Assembly: GCF_030144855.1 (NCBI RefSeq)
Contig: NC_082729.1
Location: 22,816,001 to 22,880,000 of the forward strand
Length of the DNA stretch: 64,000 nucleotides
Reading direction: 5' to 3'
Origin: Hypanus sabinus
Lineage: Eukaryota
Of this stretch, positions 12,060-24,460 are shown piece after piece; the first letter of the stretch is position 1, and every line of letters begins with the position of its first letter. The notes beneath the pieces were generated by a model. It did not search any database. It was not told where the DNA came from and saw only the letters and a list, made by a program, of their open reading frames with translations. A program made the position numbers and the translations under genes.

Positions 12060-12640
12060 AGAGCAGGGTTGTCCATCAAAATCAGATTTTAATGGTGGCG
12101 GGTTGTTATTCTAGCTGGAAAGCTATGAACAATGGTGTGAACAATTGTGTTCCACAAGGATCAGTGCTGCAACCTGCGTAAGCGGTTGTTAAACGACACA
12201 GCAGTTTAAACCATGAATTCTAGATCGATTGCAGATTTGAATGCAAATGGAGATTCAGCCGGAGAAGTGGAAGTTGTTTGAACTTCCGGAAGTCTAAATT
12301 AAATGGAAAGTATGCCTTCAACCGTATGACCCGTATAAACACGGAGGTGCTGGGAGATCTTAAGGTCCAAGTACATGGTTCTGTAACATTGTATATACAA
12401 TCAACCGTGTGTAGCCAAGGACTATTTCACGCTTGCCTTTGGTCTGACATTCTGGAAGTCGCAGCCACTCTACACAACTTGATTAGGCTGCACTTGCAGA
12501 ACTGCATGCAACTCTGGATACACATCACTTTAAGAATGAGCTTCGGGTGCAGCAGAGTTCCACCAAGATGCAACATAGATTATAGAGTACTCGCGACAGC
12601 ATGTGTTGTTTTCTCTGGACTTTGAAGCTCAGGGAGAACT
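12060..12640 (+). mobile_element. Highly decayed CR1 RT fragment
   Basis: gtgttccacaaggatcagtgctg; atggagattcagccggagaagtg. Confidence 0.7.
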
Positions 12641-12654
12641 CGAAAAATCTTCAT

Positions 12655-13090
12655 AAGGAACACACACAAAATGTTGGAGGAACTCAGCACGTCAGGTAGC
12701 ATCGGTGGAAAAGATTAAAGGGTCCATGTTTTGGGCCCAGTCCTTCTTCATAGCTGATAGGAAAGGTGCGTGGGAAGGGCTGCCTGAATTAAAAACTGAT
12801 GGGAAGTGCATCAGGACAGCTGGAAGGTGATGGTTGCAGCCTGATGGGTGCGTAAAGCAAAAGAATAGAGGATAAGGAATTTTGATAGGGGAGTGGGTAA
12901 CAGGAGAAAAGGAAGCAGGAGGGGGCCAAGGGGAAAGTAAAAGGCAGATTACCAGTAAAAGATCAGAGAGCGGAATGAAGGATGGGTACAGTTCGTTAAC
13001 TGCGAGGAGAAATCGACATTCTTTCAATCAGGTTGGAGTGTGCCCAGACGGATTATAAGCTGTTGTTCCTTGACACGGAAAGAGTCCTCA
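12655..13090 (-). mobile_element. Penelope-like 3' fragment with degenerate hammerhead tail
   Basis: acacacaaaatgttggaggaactcagc...gcatc tail, GA-rich tract and GIY-YIG end, as at 28.1-28.6 kb. Confidence 0.7.
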
Positions 13091-13769
13091 TCTTTATTAA
13101 ATTATGAAAGGCAGGGAAATGGTAGACCGTCAGAATCTATTTGTCATAAGGGGGACGTTGGAAGTGACCCAGAAGCAAGACACAGACACTGAACTACTAG
13201 GAACTGGACTAGGCGTGAGAAGGAAGCATGGGAAGTGAGGAAGAAAGGACGCTGGATACGACACCGGTCCCAGACGAGACTAGGACTCCGGGCCTGAGCT
13301 AGGACCTGACAAGGATAGGGAACCAGGACATGGAACTGGGGACTACGAGCCTGGGCTTGGACTCTGAGCTAGAGACTGGACAAGGACCAGAACTCGGGCT
13401 CGGACCCCAGAACTAGGCGAGGACATGGCGAGGTTACAGTACTCGACGGGAGACTCATGGACATGACAAGGAAACCCCAGCACAGAACGAAGGTAACCCC
13501 AGCACCGGGCTGGGTAAGGTAATCCTGAACTGAGTGAGGTACATGACAAGACGAGAACACAAACCCGTGGTTAGGACAGGACAAGGACCTTGGACGTGAC
13601 TAGGACTGGACGAGACCCCGAAGCCTTGACTTGGTCATGGAAGAGACTGGAACGCAGAACACAGAGCCTTTGTCGAGGGAGAGTAGGCACGCAGAGCCCA
13701 GCGTCGAGGGAGAAACAGGAACACGGTTCACCGAGCCGGGACTCATTACTCACAATGCTGAAGACGACA

Positions 13770-14095
13770 AGACAGTTCCCAATGCTAGATAGCGGCAAAG
13801 CGGCGGGACCTACCTAGCGAAGGTGTGGAAACAGACAGTTACCAACGCTAGGTAGCAGCAAACTGCCAGACTTAACCAGGAAAGGCGTGCACACAGACAG
13901 CTACCAACGCTAGGTAGCAGCAAACTGCCAGACCTAACCAGGAAAGGCATGCACACAGACAGTTGCCAACGCTAGGTAGCGGCAAACTGCCAGACATACC
14001 CAGGAAAGGCATACACACAGACAGTTACCAACGTTTGGAAGCGGCAAACGGCCGGACTTTCCTAGAGAAGGCGTGGACACAGACAGACTGTTCCT
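13770..14095. repeat. 62-bp tandem repeat, about 5 copies, inside the LTR
   Basis: ccaacg anchors at 13842, 13904, 13966 and 14028. Confidence 0.92.
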
Positions 14096-14099
14096 AACA

Positions 14100-14590
14100 G
14101 GGCGAGGCTCCAACCTGAGGCAAGGCGAGGCAAGACTACAGGTGTAGGCTAGGCGAGGCAGAGCTCTAGGCGGAGGCTAGGAGAGGCAAGTCTCCAGGCA
14201 GAAGCAGGGCGAGGCAAGGCTCCAACCGGAGGCAAGGCTCCTGGTGGATGCAAAGCGAGGCAAGGTTCTCGGCAGAGGCAGGGTGAGGCAAGGCTCCTGG
14301 TGGATGCAAAGCGAGGCAAGGCCCCAGTCAGAAGCGAGGCAGGGTAAGGCTCCTGGTGGAGGCTAGGAGAGGCAAGTCTCCAGGCAGAAGCAGGGCTAGG
14401 CAAGGCTCCAACCGGAGGCAAGGCTCTAGACGGATGCAAAGCGAGGCAAGGCCCCAGTCAGAGGCGAGGCAAGGCTCCAGGCAGAAGCAGGGTGAGGCGA
14501 GGCTCCAGGCCAAGGCAGGGCGAGGCAACGCTCCAGTCTGAAGCAAAGCGAGGCAAGGCTCCAGACGAGGCGAGGCGAAGCGAGACAAAG
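14100..14590. repeat. Short-period gcgaggcaaggctcc array with a 186-bp higher-order duplication
   Basis: ggaggctaggagaggcaagtctccaggcagaagcaggg at 14172 and 14358. Confidence 0.88.
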
Positions 14591-15049
14591 CATGGTCCGA
14601 CCATGACACTGTTCCCCTAAATGAAAAAGCCAGATACCAGAAGGCATAGATTTGCGTAGAGATGGGAGTTGTTTAAAAGAAATTCACTAGGCAGGATTTC
14701 ACTCAGAACATGGCGCGGTCTTGGAGCAGGAGGGCAGTGGAGGTGGTGGCAGCAGATACGCTAGGTGTTCCAAATTGTATGTGCATAGACACGTGATGGG
14801 GAAATGGCCATGGATCGTCTGCAGACAGGTGGTAATAATTTAAATTATCATCATAAACAGAAGGACACTGCACACCAAACGGCCTGTTACTGAGCTGAAC
14901 TGTGTTCAAAGTCCATACTTCCTGTGCTTCTACATTGAGAAGCCTCCACGCGGAACACCTTCGCTAACAAACGTGCACTTTTTTCGTCATCAACGGATAT
15001 CGCTGGACCGAGGTGCCGTGTGTCAGGAAGGTCATTCTCCCATTCACCC

Positions 15050-15390
15050 AGCTTTACTTTCCCTCTTCCTTCTTAAGACCAGATGGTGAGTCTTGACCAG
15101 AAAGTGCTTAACTACCTGGCGGAAGTTGTGGCGGGAGAAAATGGAGAGCAGGTGGTTAAGGACACTTTTGAAGGAGACCAACCTGTTGTGTCCTACTGCA
15201 CGCACAGTGGATGGGATGGTTAATGGCACAGACTAGGCCTCAAACAGTGATGCAAAGCCAGAACACGATAAAACTCAGTTTGAGGAAATTGGTCAGTAAC
15301 ACCAGGAGATTACATTGAACTCACACTGCGGAGAACAACAAAGTGTTGCGCTAATTTATCAGAAGTAACACAAGCAATGAAGTTCTGAGT
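15050..15390 (-). pseudogene. Internally deleted GPCR paralog 2: promoter fused to TM6-TM7, with stop and frameshift
   Basis: FIVFWLCITV*GLVCA starts at 15272, then frameshifts to LVSFKSVLNHLLSIFSRHNFRQV; 15273-15390 aligns well to the reverse complement of 37890-38002. Confidence 0.85.
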
Positions 15391-15409
15391 TTAAAGAAGA
15401 GTCTTCTGA

Positions 15410-16225
15410 GTGTGTAATTGGTCAGTGTAGAGGATGTTTCACTATGTGTCCAACTCTGCGAGTGTGTGATTGGTACTTTTGGAGTTCCACTCTGCGACTG
15501 AACCTGGGAATCTATGATGGTACGATATATGGGGGCTAAAGTCTGTGCCTGGACCTCTGAGCAGATAGTTCAGAGGGAGCTGAATGTCCGACACTAGGAG
15601 TGTCGTTTCTGATGGTTTAGGTGGTGCTTCACACTATACCGGACAACAGAGTCACTACTATGGGAAGGAACAGCGCAGCGGGAGCTTCACTCTCCCATCG
15701 AAACATGATTTCTCACATCTAATGACCGGACCCTAAACGTCCATTTACTGACAGATCCTGCGAATCGGGTCCATTGGTCCCTGATATTTACTACAAAATA
15801 GATGGAGTATTTAAGGTCTGAATCAGAATCAGAATCAGCCTGGAGTCTTTAATGGGATGGTGTTGAAAGAACTTCTGGCTGTATCTGACCCCTGGATTGT
15901 CAAGGGAACATATCTCTGTATCTGACCCCGTTAGGGTGTAATGGGGCGAAGCTGAGGAAGTTTCACTCTGTGTCTGACCCCAGGAGTATGTGATAGGACG
16001 TTGTGGATGGAGTTTTACTCCGTGTCTGACCCCAGAACTGTCTGATGGGGCTGTGTGGACGGAACTTCACTCTTTGTCTAACCCTGGTGGTGTGTGGTGG
16101 AACGGTGTGGGGGGAGCTTTACTCTATATTTGACCCCGAGTGTGTGTGAAGGGACAGTGTCGATGGTCTTCACCCTGTGTCTCATCACGAAATGGTGCAG
16201 GATGAGCTTCACACGGTGTCTGACT
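15410..16225 (+). repeat. 52-bp satellite array (interrupted about 15700-15840)
   Basis: tctgacccc anchors 52 bp apart (for example 16025 and 16077). Confidence 0.9.
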
Positions 16226-16914
16226 TATTTCTGTAAACAAAAGAAAACTCATCATGAGTACCATGATGCCCATAAATGTTGCGATTGTTTCCACAATATT
16301 TGGCAATTAACGTTTGTTAATTCACGTTTATATTTTTAACTCTCTTCCACCACTTCCGCTGGCAACTTCTTGTATCACACACTATTTAAAGTGCGAAAAA
16401 CTGAGCCTTTAAAATTTTCCATTCTCAACTAAAACCTGTGTCTTCTGGGTTTGTATTCCCTTATGCCGGGTCTGGAATGTGACCGCCTCCCGTCCTGTGA
16501 TTAAGCCTGTGTTAAACAGGTGGTTTCCTGGGAAGGAAGGGCGCAAGGCTTGCTGGGCAAGAAGGGCCTATTCAACTCTTTACCTATAAATGACTATTGA
16601 CATAAATACATCAATACATAAATAAATATTTAATTTGTCATTTTTCTTGCAGATAAACTTTCTTTGTTCTTCTTTATGTCATTATGATTATCCAATTATC
16701 TGCAAATGTTCAGTGGATTTTAGTACATTGTATTATTGATGAATATGTCTCTCTTTACTGTGATTTATGCCGCGCTTAAATCAAAGTGCCATGTAAGCCA
16801 CTCTTATCAATGGGAATTACTTAGCTCTCTTACTTGAACTAATTTCCAGTAAAGAGACGAGCAGGACGGCTCTGTTCTTTGCCTTGTTTTTCAATCTTTA
16901 CCTCATCTTCTTCC

Positions 16915-17520
16915 TTGGAACATGGAACACAGAACAGAACAGCACCGGAACAGCCCATTCGGCCCACAGAGCTGTGCCGAACCGGCTGAAAGTGAATTAA
17001 GCAAGCACAAAGCTAATCCCTCTTATCTAAACAATGTCCATATCCCTCCATCTTTCTCACGTTCATGTGTCTATCTGAACAGCTCTTAAAAGCCTCTATT
17101 GTATATACCTCCCCTACCAGACCTGGTAGCGCATTCCAGGCATCCACCACTCTCTGAATAAAGAAAAACTTACCCCTCAAATCTCCTTTGAACCCACCCC
17201 CTCACCGTCCATGCATGTACTCTGTTATTACACATTTCTAATCTGGAAAACAAATGCTCCTTTTTACTCTCTCTGTGTCTCTCATACTCTTCTAAACCTC
17301 TACCAGATACCTCCGCCGTTCCAAAGAAAACAACACACCTTTGTCCGTCCACTCATGATAGCACGTCCCCTTAACTAGACCGCATCCTGGTAAACCACTT
17401 TTGTACTTTCTCCAAAGACTCAGCATCCTTCCTCTAGTGGGGCGACCAGAACATTACGCACTTCTCCAGATGTGCCCTAACCACAATTTTACAAATTTGC
17501 AATATAACCTCTTGGTTCCT
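16915..17520 (-). mobile_element. CR1 3' fragment
   Basis: agaacagcaccggaacagcccattcggccc tail; gggcgaccagaac is the reverse complement of QFWSP. Confidence 0.8.
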
Positions 17521-17814
17521 ACTTACACTAGGGAAGTTCGCGTCTGTTCTTTGTCCGGACTTCTCATAACACGACTGTAACCACACCAGATCTGCGCCTC
17601 ACCCTTGACTTCCCAAGAACCTTCACGGTAATATCACTTCCATATCCAAGAATCACAATAGATTCGTAAAGCCGGTCAGTGGGAGGCCAAATCTATTCAC
17701 TGCGCGATCGGTTAGCACATGCGCACTTGCCACATTCTCCAAATCGCTCCGATTCGGGACAAAATTGGCGTACTGGACAGGATGGGTGTGCACATTTGGG
17801 TACATGATACAATA

Positions 17815-18290
17815 CCAGAAGAGAAGGGACTTTTCACAGAAGAGTACAGCACAGAAACAGACCACTCGGCCCATACTGTTGTGCCGATCCAGCTAAAAAG
17901 AAAATTAAAACACACAAACAATAATACCTGCATCAAGTCCATATCCCTCCTTCCTTATCTCCATGAGCCTATCCAAACGTCCGCTAAAGGCATCAGAAGT
18001 ATTTGCCGATACCACCAGACAGGTACTCTCTGTCCACACTATCTATGCCTCTCATAATATGGTAATCCTCTGTCAGATCTCCCCTCAGCCTCCGATGCTC
18101 CAGAGAAAACGACCCCAGTTTATTCCGCCTCTCATAATATTACATGCCCTCTAAACTAGGCAGCATCCTGGTGAGCAAAACCCTCGCCAAAACTTCGACA
18201 TCCTTCCTATTTGGGGCCAGCAGAAATACCCGCAGTACTCCGGATGTGGTCTAACCAAAGTTTTATAAAGTTGCAACATAAGCTCTTGAT
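17815..18290 (-). mobile_element. CR1 3' fragment
   Basis: MLQLYKTLVRPHPEYC on the - strand; typical tail. Confidence 0.8.
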
Positions 18291-19004
18291 CCGGCCTGTG
18301 GGGCAGTTGTGAGCAGTCAGCGGGATTTACGTCCATTACAGTTATGGTTTAATTTGGGCATGTGTGAGGTGTTCTATTTTGCAACATCAAATCGAAGTGA
18401 ATGCATCCGGAGAGAAGATGTACGCCATGCAGAAAATGGCAGAGACGTTTAATCCGGGCAAGTGTGATCTGCTACATTTTGAACATTCAAAGCTAAGGGG
18501 ATTATATACGGAAATGTGTACAGCAACCGCGCCCTTATTGACTGAGAAAAGATTTATAAGAGCAATGCCACATTTGGAGTACTGTTTGCGCTAACCTCAT
18601 AAGAGGAAGGTTGTGAGGGTTTCGGAGACAGTGCTCAAGAAGGTCAGCAGGATGGTGCTTTGAATTAACTGTGTTTTAGCGTTACTAGAGGTTGAACTAT
18701 CTTGGATTGTTGCTTTTGCAGCTTCGGAGCAGGGAGAAGACTTTGTCATTGAACGGGAAGGTACGAGAGGCAGAGACTTTCCTGAGGTCAAAGTTCAAAG
18801 TGAATTTAGCAACGCAGGACGTATTCCTTAACATGTGCTACCTTGTAATTTATTTCCTTGTAAACGTTTACTGGAGAGAAATGGCAGAATTTACGAAAAC
18901 TGTCGATAAACAGACCAAGACTGACGAACAAGCAATGCTCAAAGGAAGATGAACTGAGATACAACCATCTACTGAGAAGATGAAGTGAGTCCATCAGTTG
19001 TAGT

Positions 19005-19285
19005 ATGACAAACACAACAAAATCTGCAGATNNNNNNNNNNNNNNNNNNNNNNNNNNNNNNNNNNNNNNNNNNNNNNNNNNNNNNNNNNNNNNNNNNNNN
19101 NNNNNNNNNNNNNNNNNNNNNNNNNNNNNNNNNNNNNNNNNNNNNNNNNNNNNNNNNNNNNNNNNNNNNNNNNNNNNNNNNNNNNNNTTCATCGGGCCTC
19201 AGCCCGAAATGTCGACTGTTTATTCCTTTTCCTGAATGTTTCCTGGCCTATTGAGTTTCTCGAGAATAGTATGGGTGTTCCCATT
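19005..19285. mobile_element. Inverted pair of Penelope-derived tails spanning gap 19032-19187
   Basis: Left arm starts a - strand tail (aaacacaacaaaatctgcagat); right arm is a + strand tail (gcccgaaatgtcgactg...cctggcctattgagtt). Confidence 0.55.
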
Positions 19286-19289
19286 GGTT

Positions 19290-19790
19290 GTCAATCTGTT
19301 CTGTGTTGAGGTTTTTGAAGTTATCCATGGCGGTTCAGGATGCTGATGGTTATAGGATAATAAGCGTCCCTAGCACTCGGTGTGCGGGACCGAAGGCTTG
19401 TGTACCTCCTGCCTGGTAGTATCAGCGAGAAATACGGCATGGCCTGGATGGTGGGGATCCTTGATAATGGATGGTTTTTCTTGTGGTAAGTGTGCTCAAT
19501 GGTGGGGAGGGCTTTGCTTCTGTTTAAATGGGCTTTATCCGTACTTTCTGTAGCCTTTTCTGTTCCTGGGCATTGGTATTTCCACGTCAGGCCACGATGC
19601 AGCCACTCTGCCTACTCTCCACTGTGCATCTATGGATGGTATATAAAGGTTTTTGGTAACATGCCGAATCTACGCAAACTTCAAGGAAAGCAGAATCCTT
19701 CTTCTCGAAACACTTTTGTCCTGGTCCCAGTACAGATCCTCTGATATTATCACGCGAAAACATTTAACGCTCATGACGCTTTCCACCTCG
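19290..19790 (-). mobile_element. Rex/Babar-like LINE 3' fragment
   Basis: Homologous to 46690-47090 and 50400-50870. Confidence 0.65.
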
Positions 19791-19819
19791 AGCAGTAGCA
19801 AACAAAATTAACTCTTGAT

Positions 19820-21095
19820 CTTTTCAATGACCATCTTATTTTCACTATGGATGTCCAATCCCTGTACATTTCCGACCCCCAGCAGGATGGCCTCAAAGCT
19901 CTCCGTTTCTCTGGACACTAGATCCGACCAGCTCCCCTCCACCACCACTCTCCTTCGTCTGGCGGAACTCGTCCTCACTCTTAACAATTTCTCAGTCGGC
20001 TCCTCCCCTATCCTTCAAATAAGAGGTGTATCTGTCCGCAGTTGCATGGATCCCAGCTATGGCTGCTTGTTTGTCCACTACGTGGGAGAATCTATATTCC
20101 AAGACTACATTGGTATCACACCCAACTTTTCCTACACTACATCGATGACTGCATTGGTGTAACTTCCTGCACCCATGCAGAAATCGTCTGCCATCGTAAC
20201 CTCCTCCCACCACCCCACCAGGAATAGCGTTCCTCTTGCCCTCACCTACCATGCCACCTGCCTCGGCGTCCAGCACATAATTCTCCATAACTTCCACCGA
20301 GGTCCGCCATCAAGCTCAATCTTTCCTTCTCCCCCACTTTCTGCTTTCCGCAAGGAACGCTCCCTAAGCGATTCCCTTCTCCATTTTTCCCTCCCCAGTG
20401 ACTTTCCACCTCCTCCCTCACTACTATTCAGGGCTCTAAACAGCCCTTACAAGAGAGGGGACGCTTCACCTGTGAGTCCTTTCAGATCATCTACTGTATC
20501 CGCTGCTCTGGTGAGAGCTTCGCTGAGGACCTACGCTCCACCCGCCAAAAAGCAGAACCTTCTAGTGACCACCCATTTTAATTCCAGTTCCAATTCCCAT
20601 TCCCACATGGTAGACCATGGCATTCTCTACTCTCGTGGTGAGGACACACACAGACTGGAGAAGCAACACTGTCTATTCCATCTGGGTAGCCTTCAGCCTG
20701 GTTATATGAACAACGATTTCTCGAACTTCCGGCAATGCCTCCCCTCCTCCATTTCCATTCCGCATTCCCCCTCTCATCTTATCTCCTTACCTGGCCTAGC
20801 ACCTCCCACTGGCATTCCTCCAACTTGTCTTTCTTCCATGGCTTTCTGTTACTTTCTATCAGATTCCCCCTTACCTTCTCCGGTCCAGCCCTGTATGTCT
20901 TTCACCTATCAACTTCCCAGTTCCTTACTTCACCTCTCCTCTCTGCAGGTTTCACCTACACCTCGCCTCCCCACCTCCACTTTCTTACTCTGACCCTTCA
21001 GTCCTGGTTAAGGAGCTTGGCCCGAAATGCCGACTGTACACTTTTCCAAGATGCTGCCTGGCCTGCCGAGTTCCTCAGCATTTTGTGTGTGTTGC
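19820..21095 (+). mobile_element. Decayed Penelope-like retroelement (RT and GIY-YIG remnants, pyrimidine tract, hammerhead tail)
   Basis: FTMDVQSLY, LAELVLTLNNFS, MDPSYGCLFV, YIDDCIG, VPLALTYH, THFNSSS. Confidence 0.85.
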
Positions 21096-21134
21096 TAAGA
21101 TTAACTGTTTTCCAGTCTTATGTCCTGCAATTCC

Positions 21135-21945
21135 CTGATGGTGCAGTGAGAAGCATGTTCGTTCTGTGTCTGATCCAGAGAGTGTGTAATAGAAAGGGGA
21201 AAGGAGCCTTCAGCCTGTTCTTGACCCGAGGATTATGTAATGAGATGGTGTAGAAAGAACTTCATGCTGTAGCTCACCCCTGGATTGTATCTAGGGACAG
21301 TGCAGAGGGAACTTAACTTAGCGTCTGACCCTGCCAACATGTGATGGGACGGTGTTGGAAGAGCTTCTCTCTGAGTCTGACCCCAGGAGTGTGGAATGGC
21401 ATGGTGTAAAGAGAGCTTCACTCTCCGTCTGACACGGGGTGTGGGTGATGGGACAGTGCGGAGAGAGCTTCACTCTGCCTGATTCTGGTAGTGTGTGATG
21501 GGACGGTGTAGAGGAGGCTTCAGCCAGTTCCTAACTTCGGGCGTAGAAGGAACTTCACTCTGTATGTGGCCCCTCGACAGTGCGAAGGGATGGTGCAGAG
21601 GTATCTTTTCTCTCTCTATCTGACCCGGGGAAGGTGCGATGGGATTGCTGTAGAGGCAGATTCACTCAGTGTCTGGCTCCGGGACACTGCAGAGGGAGCT
21701 TCGCTCTGTCTGACCTGGCAGTGTGTGTTACGATAGTGTGGATGGAGCTTCACTGTGTCTGGACCCGGGAGTATGTGATGAGATAGTGTGGATTGACCGT
21801 CTCACTGTGTCTGCCTCCGAGATTTTCTGAGAGGGGACGTCTGAACCCACACCCCGCCCCCTCCCGCGGGTGCGTGATGAGACAGTGTAGAGGGAGCTTC
21901 ACCCTGTTCCTGATCCCGGGAATATGCAATGAGATGGTATTAGCG
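21135..21945 (+). repeat. 52-bp satellite array
   Basis: About 15 degenerate units. Confidence 0.92.
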
Positions 21946-22959
21946 TTTATATTTTTGGCTTGCCTGTTACACTTTCTCTGGCCAGACCTTGCAGTCACGT
22001 ACTGTTTGATGTGTGGAAATAAAGCTGCCCCTCAAGCCGCATTTAAATCTTTCCACTCTCACCTCAAACCTGTGTTCATACTCCCTTTTCCTGAGGACGG
22101 GACGGTGACTCCCTCCTTCTTGCTACCGCTATGGCTTTATAAACCTCGAAAGTTTCTCCCTGTCAGAAAAAGCCCAAGCACCACTGACCTCTGCTATTAA
22201 CCGTAGCGCTCAGTTCCAGGTTACATCCTGTGACTCACTTCTCCATTCTTTGTATCGTCCGTGTGGTGATCAGAACTGCGTGCAACACTTCAGGTTCTGC
22301 CTAACATACATCCTGTACAACCGCAACATGACCTCGCCGTGATCGTGTGTATTTCCTCCGGGATCTCTCACAGTCATTGAAAATTGTCATGTGTTTGGGC
22401 TTGTGTTACATAGGTGGCCTTTTGGGGAGGAGGGGGGGGGGGGGCTGCAAGCCTTGTTGGGCCTGCAAGGCCTGTTTTGCTCTTTATCTCTAAATGAATA
22501 ACGAAATAAACACATACAGTAACTACATAAATAAATTTTCACTTTCCTTGCAGATGAACTTTCTTTGTTCTTAAAAATATATTTTTAATGATTATTCAGA
22601 AACTGCAAACGCTAATCCCTCCGATTTACAAATCCGACGTATGCCGATATCAATCCATCTTCCTCACATTCATGTGCCCATCTAAACCTCTCTTGAAAGC
22701 CTCTAATGTATTTCCCTCTACCACCATACCAGGCAGCGCATTCGAGGCATCCACCCCAAACTTACCCCACACATCCTCCTCTCACCTTCTATGCATGCAC
22801 TTTGGCATTAGACATTTCAATCCTAGCAAACAGATACTCCCTGTCTACTCTATCTATACTATTCATTCTCTTAGAAACCTGTATCTGATCCCCGCTCCAG
22901 CAAACACAACCCCAATTTATCCAGCCTCCCATGATAGTACATGCTATCATGATAGTACC

Positions 22960-23560
22960 TGGGATGCACCTGGATGACAGACATGAGTGGACACCAACTC
23001 AGAGACTCTGAGCAAGAAGAGTTGCCTCGACTTCATGAGGAGACCGAGGTCATTTGGAGTCTGCAGGCCTCTACATCAATGTTCTTCCAGTCTGTTGTCA
23101 CCAGTGTAACCCTCTATGCGCTGGTGAGCTGGGGCAATGGGATCTACACGGGTGCACAGGCTCAATAAGCTGATTAGAAAGGCTACCTATGTTATAGGTG
23201 TCAAGCTGGAAACACTGGACACTGTGGTAAAACAAAGGACTCTACGGAAAATCCTGGCAATTCTATAATGTTTCTCGCCCTCTGCATGCCACCTTGGCTG
23301 AACAAAGGAGTGTTTTTAATAATAGACTAAGAGAGCTGCTTCTCCAAAGAGCGCTATATGAGGTCATTCTTTCCTCGACCATCAGGTTGTATAATGAGTC
23401 AAACTATAGCCAGGGTTGTGATGACCTCCTCCCCCCCCCCCCCTCCGCCGTTAGACTGTTTGAGGTAACTTATCTTTTATTCTTTCTTACTTCTCCTCTA
23501 ATATTTGAAAATTTATATATCTGTACACTTGTAATGCTTCTGTGACAGTGTAATTTCCTT
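22960..23560 (+). mobile_element. Rex1/Babar-like LINE 3' fragment
   Basis: Remnants of FMRRPRSFGVC, MFFQSVVTSVTLYALVSWG, HPLH-like segment and IRLYN. Confidence 0.75.
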
Positions 23561-23690
23561 TNNNNNNNNNNNNNNNNNNNNNNNNNNNNNNNNNNNNNNN
23601 NNNNNNNNNNNNNNNNNNNNNNNNNNNNNNNNNNNNNNNNNNNNNNNNNNNNNNNNNNNNNNNNNNNNNNNNNNNNNNNNNNNNNNNNNN

Positions 23691-24460
23691 CTCTAAAGCC
23701 TCAACACCCTTCTAAGATGGGGCGACTAGACCAGCATGCAATATTCCCGATGTGGCCTAACCGGAGTTTTATGAATTTCCAACATAACTTCTTGACTTTT
23801 GAACTCAGTGTCTCGACAAATAAAAACAAGTATTCCAGACACATTCTTACCCAGCCGATCGATCTGTGTAGCCACTTTGAAGGAACTATGAACTTGGATC
23901 GCAAGATCTCTCTGCTAATCAACACTGTTGAGCATCTTATCCTTAACAGTGTACACTCTCCTTTCATTTGCCCTACCAAGGTGCAAAATCTCCCATTTAT
24001 CTGGGTTAAAGTCCATCTGCCATTTCTCTGCCGTATCTACAAATGTTCTATATTGCGCGCTATTTGCCAGTCTTCTACGCTTTCCACAACTCCCCCAATC
24101 TTGGTATCATCCGCCAACTTACTAAACCTACTATTATTCGCACGCTTTCATCCAGATGATTTGTATACACAAACAGCTGAAGTCCCAGGATAGATCACCG
24201 CGGAATACCACTAGTTCCAGAACTCCAAATCGAATAAGAACTCCAAACCTTCAGCCACTACTCTCATTTTTTCTGTGTGCAAGCCATTCCAGAATCCAAA
24301 CTCGTTACAGACCCAATGGATCTTAATCTTCAGGATTTGCCTTCAATAAGGTATTTCCTCAAAGGCCTTACTGAAATCCATGTGGACAACATCCACTGAA
24401 CTGTCTCATCAATCTCTGTCGTTGCCTTGTCATAAAACAGAATCAAGTTACTAACACGAA
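23691..24460 (-). mobile_element. CR1 RT fragment
   Basis: atcttggtatcatccgccaactt is the reverse complement of KLADDTK. Confidence 0.8.

Larger units (their letters stand above)
13142..14608 (-). mobile_element. Solo LTR (Gypsy-like), 1467 bp, with internal tandem arrays
   Basis: Inverted termini TGTCAT...ATGACA; 5-bp TSD CTATT/CTGTT; strand inferred from the typical ...ctgggtc...tgaca 3' end. Confidence 0.8.

Noticed and set aside
14100-14590. CRISPR-like repeat/spacer appearance
   Set aside because: Spacers are short and themselves repeated; lies inside a eukaryotic LTR; no cas genes
10950-15272. TM6-TM7 fragments as spliced 3' exons of a split GPCR gene
   Set aside because: No proper acceptor, the upstream sequence is the promoter homolog, and stops or frameshifts occur in two of the three copies
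17655-17700. Short inverted repeat aatagatt...aatctatt in a CpG-rich patch
   Set aside because: An 8-bp stem is expected by chance; no RNA family recognised
20175-21253. 272-aa and 172-aa ORFs
   Set aside because: Read-through of decayed Penelope sequence and a pyrimidine-rich tract
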